A stretch of 42,724 nt of DNA, taken from NCBI GenBank assembly GCA_964605345.1, contig CAZSCD010000012.1, positions 1-42,724 on the forward strand, in the 5' to 3' direction. Positions 1 to 9,107 of the stretch are shown piece by piece (the stretch's first letter is position 1; each line of letters begins with the position of its first letter). The translations under genes and the position numbers were made by a program. The notes beneath the pieces were generated by a model, which was not told where the DNA came from, searched no databases, and was given only the letters and a program-made list of their open reading frames with translations. This DNA is from an uncultured Dehalococcoidia bacterium (lineage in GTDB: Bacteria; Chloroflexota; Dehalococcoidia; Lucifugimonadales; CAZSCD01).

Positions 1-852
1 ACCAGAGGACTTAGACATCTTGACTCCGTCGGCTAATAAATGTTGCCCATGTACCCAATGGCTCACAACTCTCTTGCCTACAAACGCTTCACTCTGTGCC
101 ATTTCTCCTTCATGATGTGGGAAAATATTGTCTACACCTCCTGTATGTAAATCAAATTCATGACCCAAATATTTCAATGACATCGCAGAACATTCTATAT
201 GCCAACCAGGGAAACCTTCTCCCCACCTACTGGACCATTTTAATGACCTTCCGAATTCAGCCTTTTTCCACAGAGTGAAATCACGTGAGTCACGTTTGAG
301 AGGATCTGCCTCAATACGTATCGCTTCGAGAAGTCCTGACTCACAAATATTGCCTGATAATTTCCCATATTCTTGAAACTTAGACACTTCGAAATAAACG
401 TTGCCATCTACTTCATACGCATATCCTTTCAAGATGAGATTTTCCACAATATCAAGCATTTCACTGACATGATCTGTAGCTCTCGGCAGATAATTAGACG
501 GGATAATATTTAATTTACGTTCATCTCTAATGAATCGCTGTGTATAAAAATTTGCGATTTCTGTTGGCGTTTTTCCCTTTGTTATAGCAGTCGCAATAAC
601 TTTATCTTCGCCTCTTTCCAGCATTTCCTGCCTCATATGACCCACGTCAGTTATATTTTTAACATGTATTACATTTAACCTCTGGTATTTAAGAATTCTA
701 TGAATCCAATCAGCCATTAAATAAGATCTGAGGTTTCCAAGATGCACGTCTCGGTACACAGTAGGGCCACATGTATAAATCTTCACTGAATCTGATGATA
801 TTGGGCTTACAAGTTCCAATCGCCTTGTGAGAGTGTTATGAAGTTTAAGCAA
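1..852 (-). CDS. cysS: cysteine--tRNA ligase, N-terminal 284 codons (3' end lies beyond window start)
   Basis: Own translation of the minus strand; it is absent from the ORF track because there is no stop in the window. TTG start at 850-852 gives (M)[14 protein letters not shown] (HIGH) motif, [12 protein letters not shown] motif, and KMSKS at the window edge. The frame stays open to base 1. Confidence 0.9.
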   Translation of the reverse strand, partial: MLKLHNTLTRRLELVSPISSDSVKIYTCGPTVYRDVHLGNLRSYLMADWIHRILKYQRLNVIHVKNITDVGHMRQEMLERGEDKVIATAITKGKTPTEIANFYTQRFIRDERKLNIIPSNYLPRATDHVSEMLDIVENLILKGYAYEVDGNVYFEVSKFQEYGKLSGNICESGLLEAIRIEADPLKRDSRDFTLWKKAEFGRSLKWSSRWGEGFPGWHIECSAMSLKYLGHEFDLHTGGVDNIFPHHEGEMAQSEAFVGKRVVSHWVHGQHLLADGVKMSKSSG

Positions 853-905
853 TTCTTATTCCAGTTATATTTTGATTATAATTAATCATTAAATCTCTTC
901 TAAAT

Positions 906-2348
906 TTAACTGACAGTCATAACTCTAAGTAAATTAGTTCCTCCAGGTACTCCTATTGGTAATCCTGCAACTAAGATTATTAAACTGCCTGATTCTAAAC
1001 TGGCATATAAACGTGCTTGTTTTTCGCCCTCTTTAAAAAATCCATCTACATTACTCAACGAATCAACAATTACCGGTGTGACACCCCAACAAAGAACAAG
1101 TTTCCGTTGTACATTCGAATCTTGTGTCAAGGCCAAAATAGGAGCCATAGGACGATACTTTGAAACTCTAGCAGCCGTACCTCCAGATTCGGTAAATGCC
1201 ACTATAAGACTGGCGTTAATCTGATATGCAGTACGACATGCATCATAACTTATAGCGTCATCTGTTTTATCACCCACTTCCAAAGCTTTATTATTAATTA
1301 TGGATTTGTACGGTAAAGCGAATTCTGTTTCTTTTGCTACTTGAACCATGACTTTCACAGCTTGGACTGGATTCTTACCTACAGAAGTTTCTCCAGAAAG
1401 CATAATTGCATCTGTTCCATCAAAAACTGCATTTGCTACGTCCGTAACTTCTGCACGAGTTGGGACCGGTGTTTCTACCATCGACTCCAACATTTGCGTT
1501 GCGGTAATTACAGGTTTACCAGCCGCGTTACTTCTGGAAATAATGTCTTTCTGTATCAAAGGAAGTCTTGCCAAAGGAACATCAACTGCCATATCACCTC
1601 TGGCTACCATAATTCCATCACTTACTTCTAAGATACTGTCAAGATTTTCAAGAGCTTCTGACCTTTCTATTTTAGAAATAATATGGGCGTTACAGGAACT
1701 AGCACGCAAAATAGCTCTAGCTCTTTCAACATCTCCAGCACATCCAATCGTAGAGAGTGCCACGAAGTCCGCATCTTGATCTGCCGCAAACTTCAACGCA
1801 GATTTAGCTCGTGCATCAGGAAAATCATGACCAGGGGATTTCCCGGGCGTAGCAACTCCACGACGTTCGGTTATTCTACCTCCCACAACTACCTCACAAC
1901 ATATGTCTCTATCATTTACATTGGTGACTCGCAATTCCAGAAGCCCATCATCTAAAAATACTGCGTCACCAATAACAGCATCACTATGAATTCCAGGTGG
2001 AGAAACTCCAACTATCTTTTCATTTCCTACAATGTCTCTACTGGTTAATGTTAATATATCACCTTGTTTCAATTCGATTACACCGGATGATATTGGACCT
2101 GTACGGTATTTCTGTCCAGGTACGTCTACCATAACAGCAACTGGGACACCCAAAGAGTTAGAAATATTTCTAACTCTTTCAATAGCTATGGCATGTATAT
2201 CTAAATCACCATGAGACAGATTGAGCCTGGCAACACTCATGCCATTTTCAATCAAGGCACGAATCACATCTTTAGATTCTGTAGAAGGTCCTAAAGTACA
2301 AACTATTTTAGTTTTAGGATATTTTGACTTTGTGGTAAATGAATGCAC
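906..2348 (-). CDS. pyk: pyruvate kinase
   Basis: 480 aa. KIVCTLGPS N-terminus, MVARGDMAV motif and typical length. GTG start. Confidence 0.92.
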   Translation of the reverse strand: MHSFTTKSKYPKTKIVCTLGPSTESKDVIRALIENGMSVARLNLSHGDLDIHAIAIERVRNISNSLGVPVAVMVDVPGQKYRTGPISSGVIELKQGDILTLTSRDIVGNEKIVGVSPPGIHSDAVIGDAVFLDDGLLELRVTNVNDRDICCEVVVGGRITERRGVATPGKSPGHDFPDARAKSALKFAADQDADFVALSTIGCAGDVERARAILRASSCNAHIISKIERSEALENLDSILEVSDGIMVARGDMAVDVPLARLPLIQKDIISRSNAAGKPVITATQMLESMVETPVPTRAEVTDVANAVFDGTDAIMLSGETSVGKNPVQAVKVMVQVAKETEFALPYKSIINNKALEVGDKTDDAISYDACRTAYQINASLIVAFTESGGTAARVSKYRPMAPILALTQDSNVQRKLVLCWGVTPVIVDSLSNVDGFFKEGEKQARLYASLESGSLIILVAGLPIGVPGGTNLLRVMTVS

Positions 2349-2601
2349 TGAAATAAAATCCCATCAACCTTATTTATGTCTAAGCTTAACTCTATCAAAC
2401 CAATAATACCCGAAATTTTGGGATGGCACTAGTTCGAAATTAATCCTCTTAACAAATACTAATGTATATCATGTTCACTATCGAAAATCTCAATGGCATA
2501 TACCTTACCTAACCCACCTGATTCTAGTACAATACTAGAGTTAAATATCATCCAACAACCATTTCAGTATTGCAAGATACTAAGTTAGATTCGGGACACT
2601 A

Positions 2602-3303
2602 ATGTTTTCAATCAAACAGCTATACCAACTGCAAAAACTAGACTTGGAAATATCTTCTAATGAGGACTTATTAAGAAATGTGAGATACAAACTCACAGAT
2701 GATTCCATCATGAATCATGCTAAAAACACAATTGGCAAAATCGAATCTGATCTTGCTAACCAAAAAACTGCTCGCCGCGATATTGAGCTATCAATTCAAA
2801 CAATACAAAACAAGATTGATATTATTGAAGGAAAACTCTATGGAGGCACTATAATAAACCCAAGAGAGCTTTCTGCATACGAAACAGAACGGAATTTACT
2901 TCAACAACAACGTACCCCAAAAGAAGACAAACTACTCGAATTGCTAGTTAGTATAGATGAGTGTGATCTACTACACAAAACCGCCCAATCTAAACTAATA
3001 GAAATTGAGAAGAAACGTGATATAGATCACTCCCTTCTACGTGAATCAGAACAAACCATACTAGACACATTAACTACCCAAACTATGTTTAGAAAAGAAA
3101 CAATTCAAGACATAGATCTCTCAGATCTATCTTTATACGAATCACTTCGGAAAATACGTAAGGGTCAAGCAGTAGCCAAAGTTGAGAAAGGTAAATGCCA
3201 AGGATGCCACTTGACTCTATCCACAACCGAACTTAAACGAATCAAAAATGCAATAGGATTCGTTCAATGTAGTAGCTGTAAACGAATTCTGTACTTTTCA
3301 TGA
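2602..3303 (+). CDS. COG1579/DUF164-type coiled-coil protein with C-terminal C4 zinc ribbon
   Basis: 233 aa. Long heptad-like N-terminal region. C-terminal CQGCH...18 aa...CSSCKRILY zinc ribbon. Confidence 0.75.
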   Translation: MFSIKQLYQLQKLDLEISSNEDLLRNVRYKLTDDSIMNHAKNTIGKIESDLANQKTARRDIELSIQTIQNKIDIIEGKLYGGTIINPRELSAYETERNLLQQQRTPKEDKLLELLVSIDECDLLHKTAQSKLIEIEKKRDIDHSLLRESEQTILDTLTTQTMFRKETIQDIDLSDLSLYESLRKIRKGQAVAKVEKGKCQGCHLTLSTTELKRIKNAIGFVQCSSCKRILYFS

Positions 3304-3310
3304 CACGCAA

Positions 3311-4636
3311 ATGCGAGCTGTAAGTTATTATCAATATTCAGGTGATGTAACTTCTCCAAAGAAGTGGGGAGAAATTTTCCACGAATATTGCAGACTAAAT
3401 TTACACCAACCTGCAAAAATTTTTATAGACGAACATGTCGAACATGCAAAAAAAAGTCAAGCATACAATCGCATGCTTGACTTTTTTCAAGAGTCTAAAA
3501 GCAATTTCCTAATAGTCATACCAGATGCAACACACCTTGGAAATAATTTGGAGTCAGTTGTAAGGAAAATTATAGACTTGGAAAAAACTGGGGCCAAAAT
3601 TTTATGTGTTGACGAAGAATTACCAGACCCCATACAAAGTGCTCTTTTGATGATCGGAGCTGAAGATCCTTTACGCCAACGCGGTCAACACATAAAAGAA
3701 GCAATGCAAGCAAAGGCACTTAAGGGTCAGGGATTGGGCAAGCCTCCATATGGATATCGCATTATTCTCAAAGGGAAATTAGAGATAGTTGAAGAAGAAG
3801 CAAAAGTTGTACGTCTGATTTATCAACTATACACAGAGGAAAATATGGGACTAAGACGTATAACTCAACATTTGAACCAAAAAAAGGTTCCTACTAAGCA
3901 AGGTGGGAATTGGAACATGTCTACCATTAGAGACATCCTTAGAAATCCAACCTATATTGGCACATACACCAGATTCGGATTAAGAATACCCAAAATGCAT
4001 AGGTCAATTGTATCTAATGAAACCTTTCGAGCAGTCAAAGACAAAACCAAAAATTGGAGAAATAGAAATAAATGGAAGCAAATTGAACCTTTCTTGCTAT
4101 CTGGAATAGCATATTGTGGTTATTGCAACAACAAAATGATGGGAGTAACTCGACATCAAAACTGGCGTCAGAAAAGTGGGCAGCGTGTTGAAAAAATATA
4201 TAGATATTATCAATGTCAATCTAAAAACAATCAAAACATTTGCGGATACCATACATGGAGAGCTAATATTTTGGAAGACACAGTGGTATCTCGACTTAAA
4301 ACAATTGTACTAACAGAAAATCGATCTGCCCCTGGTAAAACAAATGAAAAACAATCACAAGCAATACGTGATCGTCTAGTAATCAATTCAGAACGTCAAT
4401 TTATACAAGCACTGAAACGTACTGCGTCGGGTGAATTAAATATTGAAGTCCTTTCGAAATATCTGACTAACCTCGAAGAAGCCAGATTACAATATAGCAA
4501 TCCAAAGAAACTCTTAAATGCAACACAAACTTGGAACTCCTGGGAGAACATGTCTGTTAAAGAGAGACATAGCTTCCTTATAGAACATGTAAGCACAATA
4601 GTGGTTAAGGATACTGAGGTTCTCATAAATCCTTGA
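3311..4636 (+). CDS. large serine recombinase-family protein (resolvase-like N-domain + recombinase domain + zinc ribbon + coiled coil); catalytic arginines apparently replaced
   Basis: 441 aa. GKPPYGYRI...VVRLIYQLY...GLRRITQHLN...WNMSTIRDILRNPTYIGT matches the recombinase domain. CGYCNNKMMG...YYQC matches the zinc ribbon. The N-terminus MRAVSYYQYSGD aligns to the YxRVS motif, but with Q where the Arg is expected. The start is 7 nt after the upstream stop. Confidence 0.8.
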   Translation: MRAVSYYQYSGDVTSPKKWGEIFHEYCRLNLHQPAKIFIDEHVEHAKKSQAYNRMLDFFQESKSNFLIVIPDATHLGNNLESVVRKIIDLEKTGAKILCVDEELPDPIQSALLMIGAEDPLRQRGQHIKEAMQAKALKGQGLGKPPYGYRIILKGKLEIVEEEAKVVRLIYQLYTEENMGLRRITQHLNQKKVPTKQGGNWNMSTIRDILRNPTYIGTYTRFGLRIPKMHRSIVSNETFRAVKDKTKNWRNRNKWKQIEPFLLSGIAYCGYCNNKMMGVTRHQNWRQKSGQRVEKIYRYYQCQSKNNQNICGYHTWRANILEDTVVSRLKTIVLTENRSAPGKTNEKQSQAIRDRLVINSERQFIQALKRTASGELNIEVLSKYLTNLEEARLQYSNPKKLLNATQTWNSWENMSVKERHSFLIEHVSTIVVKDTEVLINP

Positions 4637-4648
4637 ATTGGTCTTGAT

Positions 4649-4678
4649 TTAACTTTCTGGAGACAAGCATGCTACAAT
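4649..4678 (+). promoter_or_regulatory. candidate sigma70-type promoter for rnpB
   Basis: TTAACT (4649-4654), an 18-nt spacer, then an extended -10 TGcTACAAT (4670-4678). The predicted start is about 4685, which coincides with the 5' end of the P1 helix. Confidence 0.4.
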
Positions 4679-4684
4679 AAGCTA

Positions 4685-5107
4685 GGTTCAAGGTAGCTGG
4701 GTGATCGCCGTCTTTACTCGTCATGTGTGAACGAGATTAGAGGGAGGAAAGTCCGAGCTCCTCCGGGTAGAATGCCCGCTAACGGCGGGGCGGGGTGACC
4801 CGACGGAAAGTGCCACAGAAATACACCGTCCATATATTTCGTATGGATAAGGTTGAAAAGGCGAGGTAAGAGCTCACCGCTCTGATGGCAACATCAGAGG
4901 CTAGGTAAACCCCATTCGGAGCAAGGCTTAATAGAGGGATAACTGGAACCCGGACCATCCCCGGGTTAGCCGCTTGATTCTGACGGCAACGTCAGAACTA
5001 GATAGATGATCACCACCAAATTTTTCACTGGGAAGAAGTCAAATTTCCTGGTATGTAAACCAGTGATCAAATTGGAACAGAACTCGGCTTATAGGCTGCC
5101 TTGAGCC
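4685..5107 (+). ncRNA. rnpB: RNase P RNA, bacterial type A
   Basis: Universal GAGGAAAGTCCGAGCTCC (P4 5' strand) at about 4743, and ACAGAACTCGGCTTATAGG (P4 3' strand) at about 5078. AGTGCCACAGAAA and GGTAAGAGCTCACC motifs are present. A 14-bp P1 pairs 4685-4698 with 5094-5107. P2 pairs GGTGATC with GATCACC. Confidence 0.92.
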
Positions 5108-5128
5108 ATATATAAATCTAAAAACAGT

Positions 5129-6103
5129 GTGATTAATATGTCGAAATACTTGATAACAGGAGCTGCAGGATTTTTAGGTGCTAGAATCTCTGAGATCTTG
5201 CTTTCCAGTGGTCATAAAGTAACCGCTGTTGATAACCTCAATGACAATTATGACATCAGTTTAAAACAGCATCGCTTGGAACGATTCGCAAATAACACGA
5301 ATTTTAATTTTTTTAAAGTTGATATTCGTGACTACACAAGAATGCATGAAATCTACAATTCAAGTTTCACGGCAGTAATCCATCTTGCTGCTTTATCAGC
5401 AATTCGCCATTCAGTAAAAGAGCCTCGCGAATGCTATGAAATAAACCTAGATGGCACTTTGAATCTTTTGGAGTTATCCAGGGAATTCGGATTGAAGAAA
5501 TTTGTCTTAGCTTCTTCATCTAGCGTCTACAGTGAAAATGTAGATTGTCCTCTGACAGAAATCAGTCCAACCGACAAACCTTTATCTCCATATGCATCAT
5601 CTAAAAAAGCTGCCGAAACTTTAGTGCATACCTACCATCATCTTCATGGATTAGACGCCTCAGTTATACGATATTTCACAGTGTATGGACCAGCAGGACG
5701 CCCAGACATGGCTACATTTAAATTCGTACAATCAATCACCGAAGAAATACCAATAACTTTGTTTGGAGATGGGACTCAAAAACGAGATTTCACTCACATA
5801 GACGATGCTGCAAACGGTACAATCTGCGCTTTGAAACCTCTAGGATACGAAATAATAAATATAGGCACATCCCACACAATAACCCTGGCAAATATCATCT
5901 CTATCATGGAACGATATATTGGCAAAGATGCAAAAATCAATTATGAACCCAAACATCCCGCAGATGTATCAATAACTTGGGCAAATATAGATAAAGCTCA
6001 AAAACTATTGAATTGGTCACCACATACAATGATTGAAGATGGAATAAAAAGTGCAGTAGATTGGTATAAATCAAATCGTAACTGGGCTAGAAACATACGT
6101 TGA
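5129..6103 (+). CDS. NAD-dependent epimerase, UDP-glucuronate 4-epimerase-like
   Basis: GAAGFLG Rossmann motif, YASSKKAAE catalytic YxxxK, and RYFTVYGPAGRPDMATFKF, which is characteristic of UDP-GlcA 4-epimerases. The ORF opens at GTG 5129. ATG 5138 (MSKYLITGAAG) is the more likely start. Confidence 0.8.
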   Translation: MINMSKYLITGAAGFLGARISEILLSSGHKVTAVDNLNDNYDISLKQHRLERFANNTNFNFFKVDIRDYTRMHEIYNSSFTAVIHLAALSAIRHSVKEPRECYEINLDGTLNLLELSREFGLKKFVLASSSSVYSENVDCPLTEISPTDKPLSPYASSKKAAETLVHTYHHLHGLDASVIRYFTVYGPAGRPDMATFKFVQSITEEIPITLFGDGTQKRDFTHIDDAANGTICALKPLGYEIINIGTSHTITLANIISIMERYIGKDAKINYEPKHPADVSITWANIDKAQKLLNWSPHTMIEDGIKSAVDWYKSNRNWARNIR

Positions 6104-6192
6104 ATTCTTACTTAATGTAGACTAACTATTAAAGTACCTTAGAAATACTTCTCCTGTTACTAAAAAACTATATGATATAAACTAGATAACAT

Positions 6193-8226
6193 TTATTTAC
6201 CTATATTCGATTCTTCCATGTAAAGCTGTGTTTCTGTAATATCTCGAGTTATTTGAGCTTTTGGAGCAAGTTCAATAGTCTTATCAAGGTGAATTCTAGC
6301 TAATTCTAAATAGCCAGGATCCAATTCATACGCTTTTTGGTAAATACTGACCACTGAACCATATATCCACCAAGCCTCTGGCTCAATTTGAACTGCACGG
6401 TTTGCCTCGTAAACACTTTTGTGTACTGCCAATATTTTTTCGTCATCCGTAAATGAATTCCAATTACTAGACATTGCCGTCAATAAAATGTGCCGAGGCA
6501 TATTCGCCCACTGTGAAGACAGACCTACAGCTTCATCAAAATAACTCAGCCTAATGTCCAATGGTAAATAATATGGATTAAATGCTTTTTGTAAATTAGA
6601 TGATGCAACGTACGCCTTATAATTAAAGAGACATAATATAGATACTCCCACGATCAAAATTGCCACAACTCCATATTCTGACAACTTTTTTAAATCAAAT
6701 GCCTTGAATATACTAATCTGTTTAAACAAATTCCATTCATTTATACGTACTTTCAAAACAATCAATAACTTTAACAATCTATTTCTAAATACTGTAATTC
6801 TATATTTTCCGTTACCATAGAAATTGTCTCGTTTATTACGTCCCACAGTATCCGATTCAGCAATAACTGTTGAATCATCAGATTCCAGTACAATTACAAA
6901 CGAAAGAATTAATATCATTTGAAGCATCGTACCTGGCGTATCAAAAAGAAACATGTTTTGGATAACATACCCCATAGCTGCTGCCCCTATAAACAATATT
7001 AAGATCTGTTCATATGTCTCTCTATCCTTGACACGCCTCAAAATCACCCAGGCCATAAAAATCCAGAACGCCACATAACTTAAGAACCCTATCATTCCAG
7101 TGTTAGTAAGTTCTTCCACAAATTTATTGTGCGCTTGGTCTCCAGACAAACTCCGAGTCATATCTCTATCTACATATCTTCCCCAGGCAACCAGATAATT
7201 ATCTGGACCCCAACCAAATATTGGCCTATCAATAAAAGCCCTGAATCCCGCTCTCCATGAATCAGTACGTCCTTCAAGACTAGGATCATTTGGTCCAATT
7301 AAAGCCAGTCTAGCCACCATAGAATTTGATTCAGATATCTTCTTAACAATGTCAGTTTGTTTTAAAGAGAAGAAGCCTATAACAACCACAACCAACAAGC
7401 TTATAAATCCTATAAAAATGGATTTTAATAAATTTATTCTACCTACGAGCGCATAAGCAATTGCAAATACTATAAAACCGAACAATAGCCCAGCTAACGC
7501 TCCACGTGTACCAGTCAGCATCAAAGTATAAAAATCAAGTGCAAAAACGGCAATCCAAAAAAGTCTCCATTCAAGTAACCATGAATATTTACGTATATCG
7601 CGTTGTCGCGTGCGTTGAGATAAAGAAAGAGACGCATTTTTAGGTTTCAAGGAATAACCTAGTAACCCTAGTGCAATAAACACATTCATTAACATATAAG
7701 CGCCCAGGTAACTAGAATTACCCAAAGTACTACCAAGTCGACCTGTAGATTCAACATTATGGTAACTCTGAATTCCTACATCGTAATACTCAAATAGACC
7801 CATCATTGCTACAAATAAACTTATCCCCAAATTAAAGTTAAAAATAATCCTAATTTGGGAAACGTTGCGGAAGACAGATACAATAACTACTGTTAGAGCA
7901 AGCCAATGTAGTAAATCATACACACCTTGCATACGTTCAAATGTTGACCAAAAACTCCTATGGAAACTTACTCCATTAACTGCAGAAAGGAATGCAACAA
8001 TCACATAAACTACAAAGAGGATCAGCAACCATGAACGTCTTAGCCGATAAGTTTGGTAATAATATGCTAGTACTAACCACAATCCAAATGTTATCTCGAT
8101 TACAATTCGACTATAAACAGCCTTACCAACAATAAATGGATACAAAGTTCCACTGGTAACAATTAGTGGCATAAGCAATGATAAAACGACGCCAAATTTG
8201 ACGCTAAAAACCAAGTATGTTTTCAA
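6193..8226 (-). CDS. O-antigen ligase/polymerase-like (Wzy_C) polytopic membrane protein with C-terminal TPR-like soluble domain
   Basis: 677 aa with many hydrophobic segments. TGTRGALAGLLFG motif plus a large loop typical of Wzy_C. The last ~130 aa are hydrophilic and helical-repeat-like. Confidence 0.7.
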   Translation of the reverse strand: MKTYLVFSVKFGVVLSLLMPLIVTSGTLYPFIVGKAVYSRIVIEITFGLWLVLAYYYQTYRLRRSWLLILFVVYVIVAFLSAVNGVSFHRSFWSTFERMQGVYDLLHWLALTVVIVSVFRNVSQIRIIFNFNLGISLFVAMMGLFEYYDVGIQSYHNVESTGRLGSTLGNSSYLGAYMLMNVFIALGLLGYSLKPKNASLSLSQRTRQRDIRKYSWLLEWRLFWIAVFALDFYTLMLTGTRGALAGLLFGFIVFAIAYALVGRINLLKSIFIGFISLLVVVVIGFFSLKQTDIVKKISESNSMVARLALIGPNDPSLEGRTDSWRAGFRAFIDRPIFGWGPDNYLVAWGRYVDRDMTRSLSGDQAHNKFVEELTNTGMIGFLSYVAFWIFMAWVILRRVKDRETYEQILILFIGAAAMGYVIQNMFLFDTPGTMLQMILILSFVIVLESDDSTVIAESDTVGRNKRDNFYGNGKYRITVFRNRLLKLLIVLKVRINEWNLFKQISIFKAFDLKKLSEYGVVAILIVGVSILCLFNYKAYVASSNLQKAFNPYYLPLDIRLSYFDEAVGLSSQWANMPRHILLTAMSSNWNSFTDDEKILAVHKSVYEANRAVQIEPEAWWIYGSVVSIYQKAYELDPGYLELARIHLDKTIELAPKAQITRDITETQLYMEESNIGK

Positions 8227-8452
8227 TTGGTAATATTGCCTCTCAAATTTCTAAATCCATAATAGACATTCATCAATAAAAGTTAACTTAGACTGTAAAA
8301 TCAAATCTGATCTCCGTTAATCGTAACTGGTCAAACAATGTATTGAACATTAAAATATTCGATGGAATTAATGGCAGTACACATTGTTATTGTTAATTAA
8401 TATGTACATGTTTTTAAAACAAGGATTATATTAATTGCGTTTCGTGATACCT

Positions 8453-9082
8453 TTATTTGGGCTTAGCAATTCTACTATCCCAACGAGCAGTTAAAGTATT
8501 CCTTAACGAAAACAGTAATAACTTAATATCCAACCATGGGCTCATACGATTCAAATATTCTATATCATGTCTAAGTTTGATATGGGCATCATCACTCAGG
8601 TCATAGACTTGAGCCAGCCCAGTAAGTCCTGGAAGAACTTCAAGGCGTTTTTTGAATTCTGGGATTTGTTGTTCAAACACCTTTTGTTCAACAACGTCCA
8701 ACGCTCTAGGGCCAACCAAACTCATGTCTCTTCTTAAAACACTAAGAATTTCCGGCAATTCATCGAGTGCAGTACGTCTTAGAATTTTACCTATCTTTGT
8801 AACTCTCGGGTCATCCTGTGTAGTCCAAACAGGCCCAACTTGATCTGCATTAAACACCATAGTACGAAACTTTAGAATCTTAAAAGGTTTTCCATTTTTG
8901 CCTGCTCTTTCTTGTCTATAAAATATAGGACCTCTATCTCCAAGCCAAATCAGTACAGGAATCACGGTCCATAAAACTATCCATAATGGGAAAACACTTA
9001 CATGAACAACTATTAAAATAAAATAGTCGAACCACAATTTATATTGACCACTTCTAGATTTCTGTTTATGACCGTCCCTCAT
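8453..9082 (-). CDS. initiating phosphoglycosyl transferase (small bacterial sugar transferase, PglC/WbaP C-domain type)
   Basis: 209 aa with one N-terminal hydrophobic helix. GPIFYRQERAGKNGKPFKILKFRTM, DELPE and GPRA motifs. Confidence 0.88.
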   Translation of the reverse strand: MRDGHKQKSRSGQYKLWFDYFILIVVHVSVFPLWIVLWTVIPVLIWLGDRGPIFYRQERAGKNGKPFKILKFRTMVFNADQVGPVWTTQDDPRVTKIGKILRRTALDELPEILSVLRRDMSLVGPRALDVVEQKVFEQQIPEFKKRLEVLPGLTGLAQVYDLSDDAHIKLRHDIEYLNRMSPWLDIKLLLFSLRNTLTARWDSRIAKPK

Positions 9083-9107
9083 AACATTACACTCTATTCA
9101 GTATGGT

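Noticed and set aside
96-278. A 60-aa plus-strand ORF at the window start.
   Set aside because: It lies antisense within the cysS coding frame, which carries the HIGH, WHIECS and KMSKS motifs.
1341-2406. Several plus-strand ORFs of 60-143 aa antisense to pyruvate kinase. Similar antisense ORFs occur throughout 8.6-42.3 kb, for example 14697-15143, 15396-15788, 19445-19786 and 33942-34253.
   Set aside because: Each lies entirely inside a longer opposite-strand gene that has clear family motifs. Their translations are low-complexity and Ser/Ile/Phe-rich, as expected for shadow frames, and contain no recognisable domains.
2525-2539. The palindrome CTAGTAcaaTACTAG, containing a TACAAT hexamer, in the pyk/COG1579 divergent intergenic region.
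   Set aside because: It could be an operator or the -10 element of the COG1579 promoter. The arms are only 6 bp and the -35 match is poor (TTACCT), which is not enough to call a feature.
3311-4636. The recombinase gene considered as a marker of an active prophage or integrative element.
   Set aside because: No phage, conjugation or cargo genes are adjacent, and I found no flanking direct or inverted repeats by eye. The catalytic Arg residues appear substituted. It is kept only as a possible remnant or domesticated gene.
6104-6192. Search for a bidirectional rho-independent terminator in the convergent gap between the epimerase and the Wzy_C/TPR gene.
   Set aside because: Only a weak 5-bp stem (AAGTA...TACTT) without a clear T-tract was found, which is not convincing.
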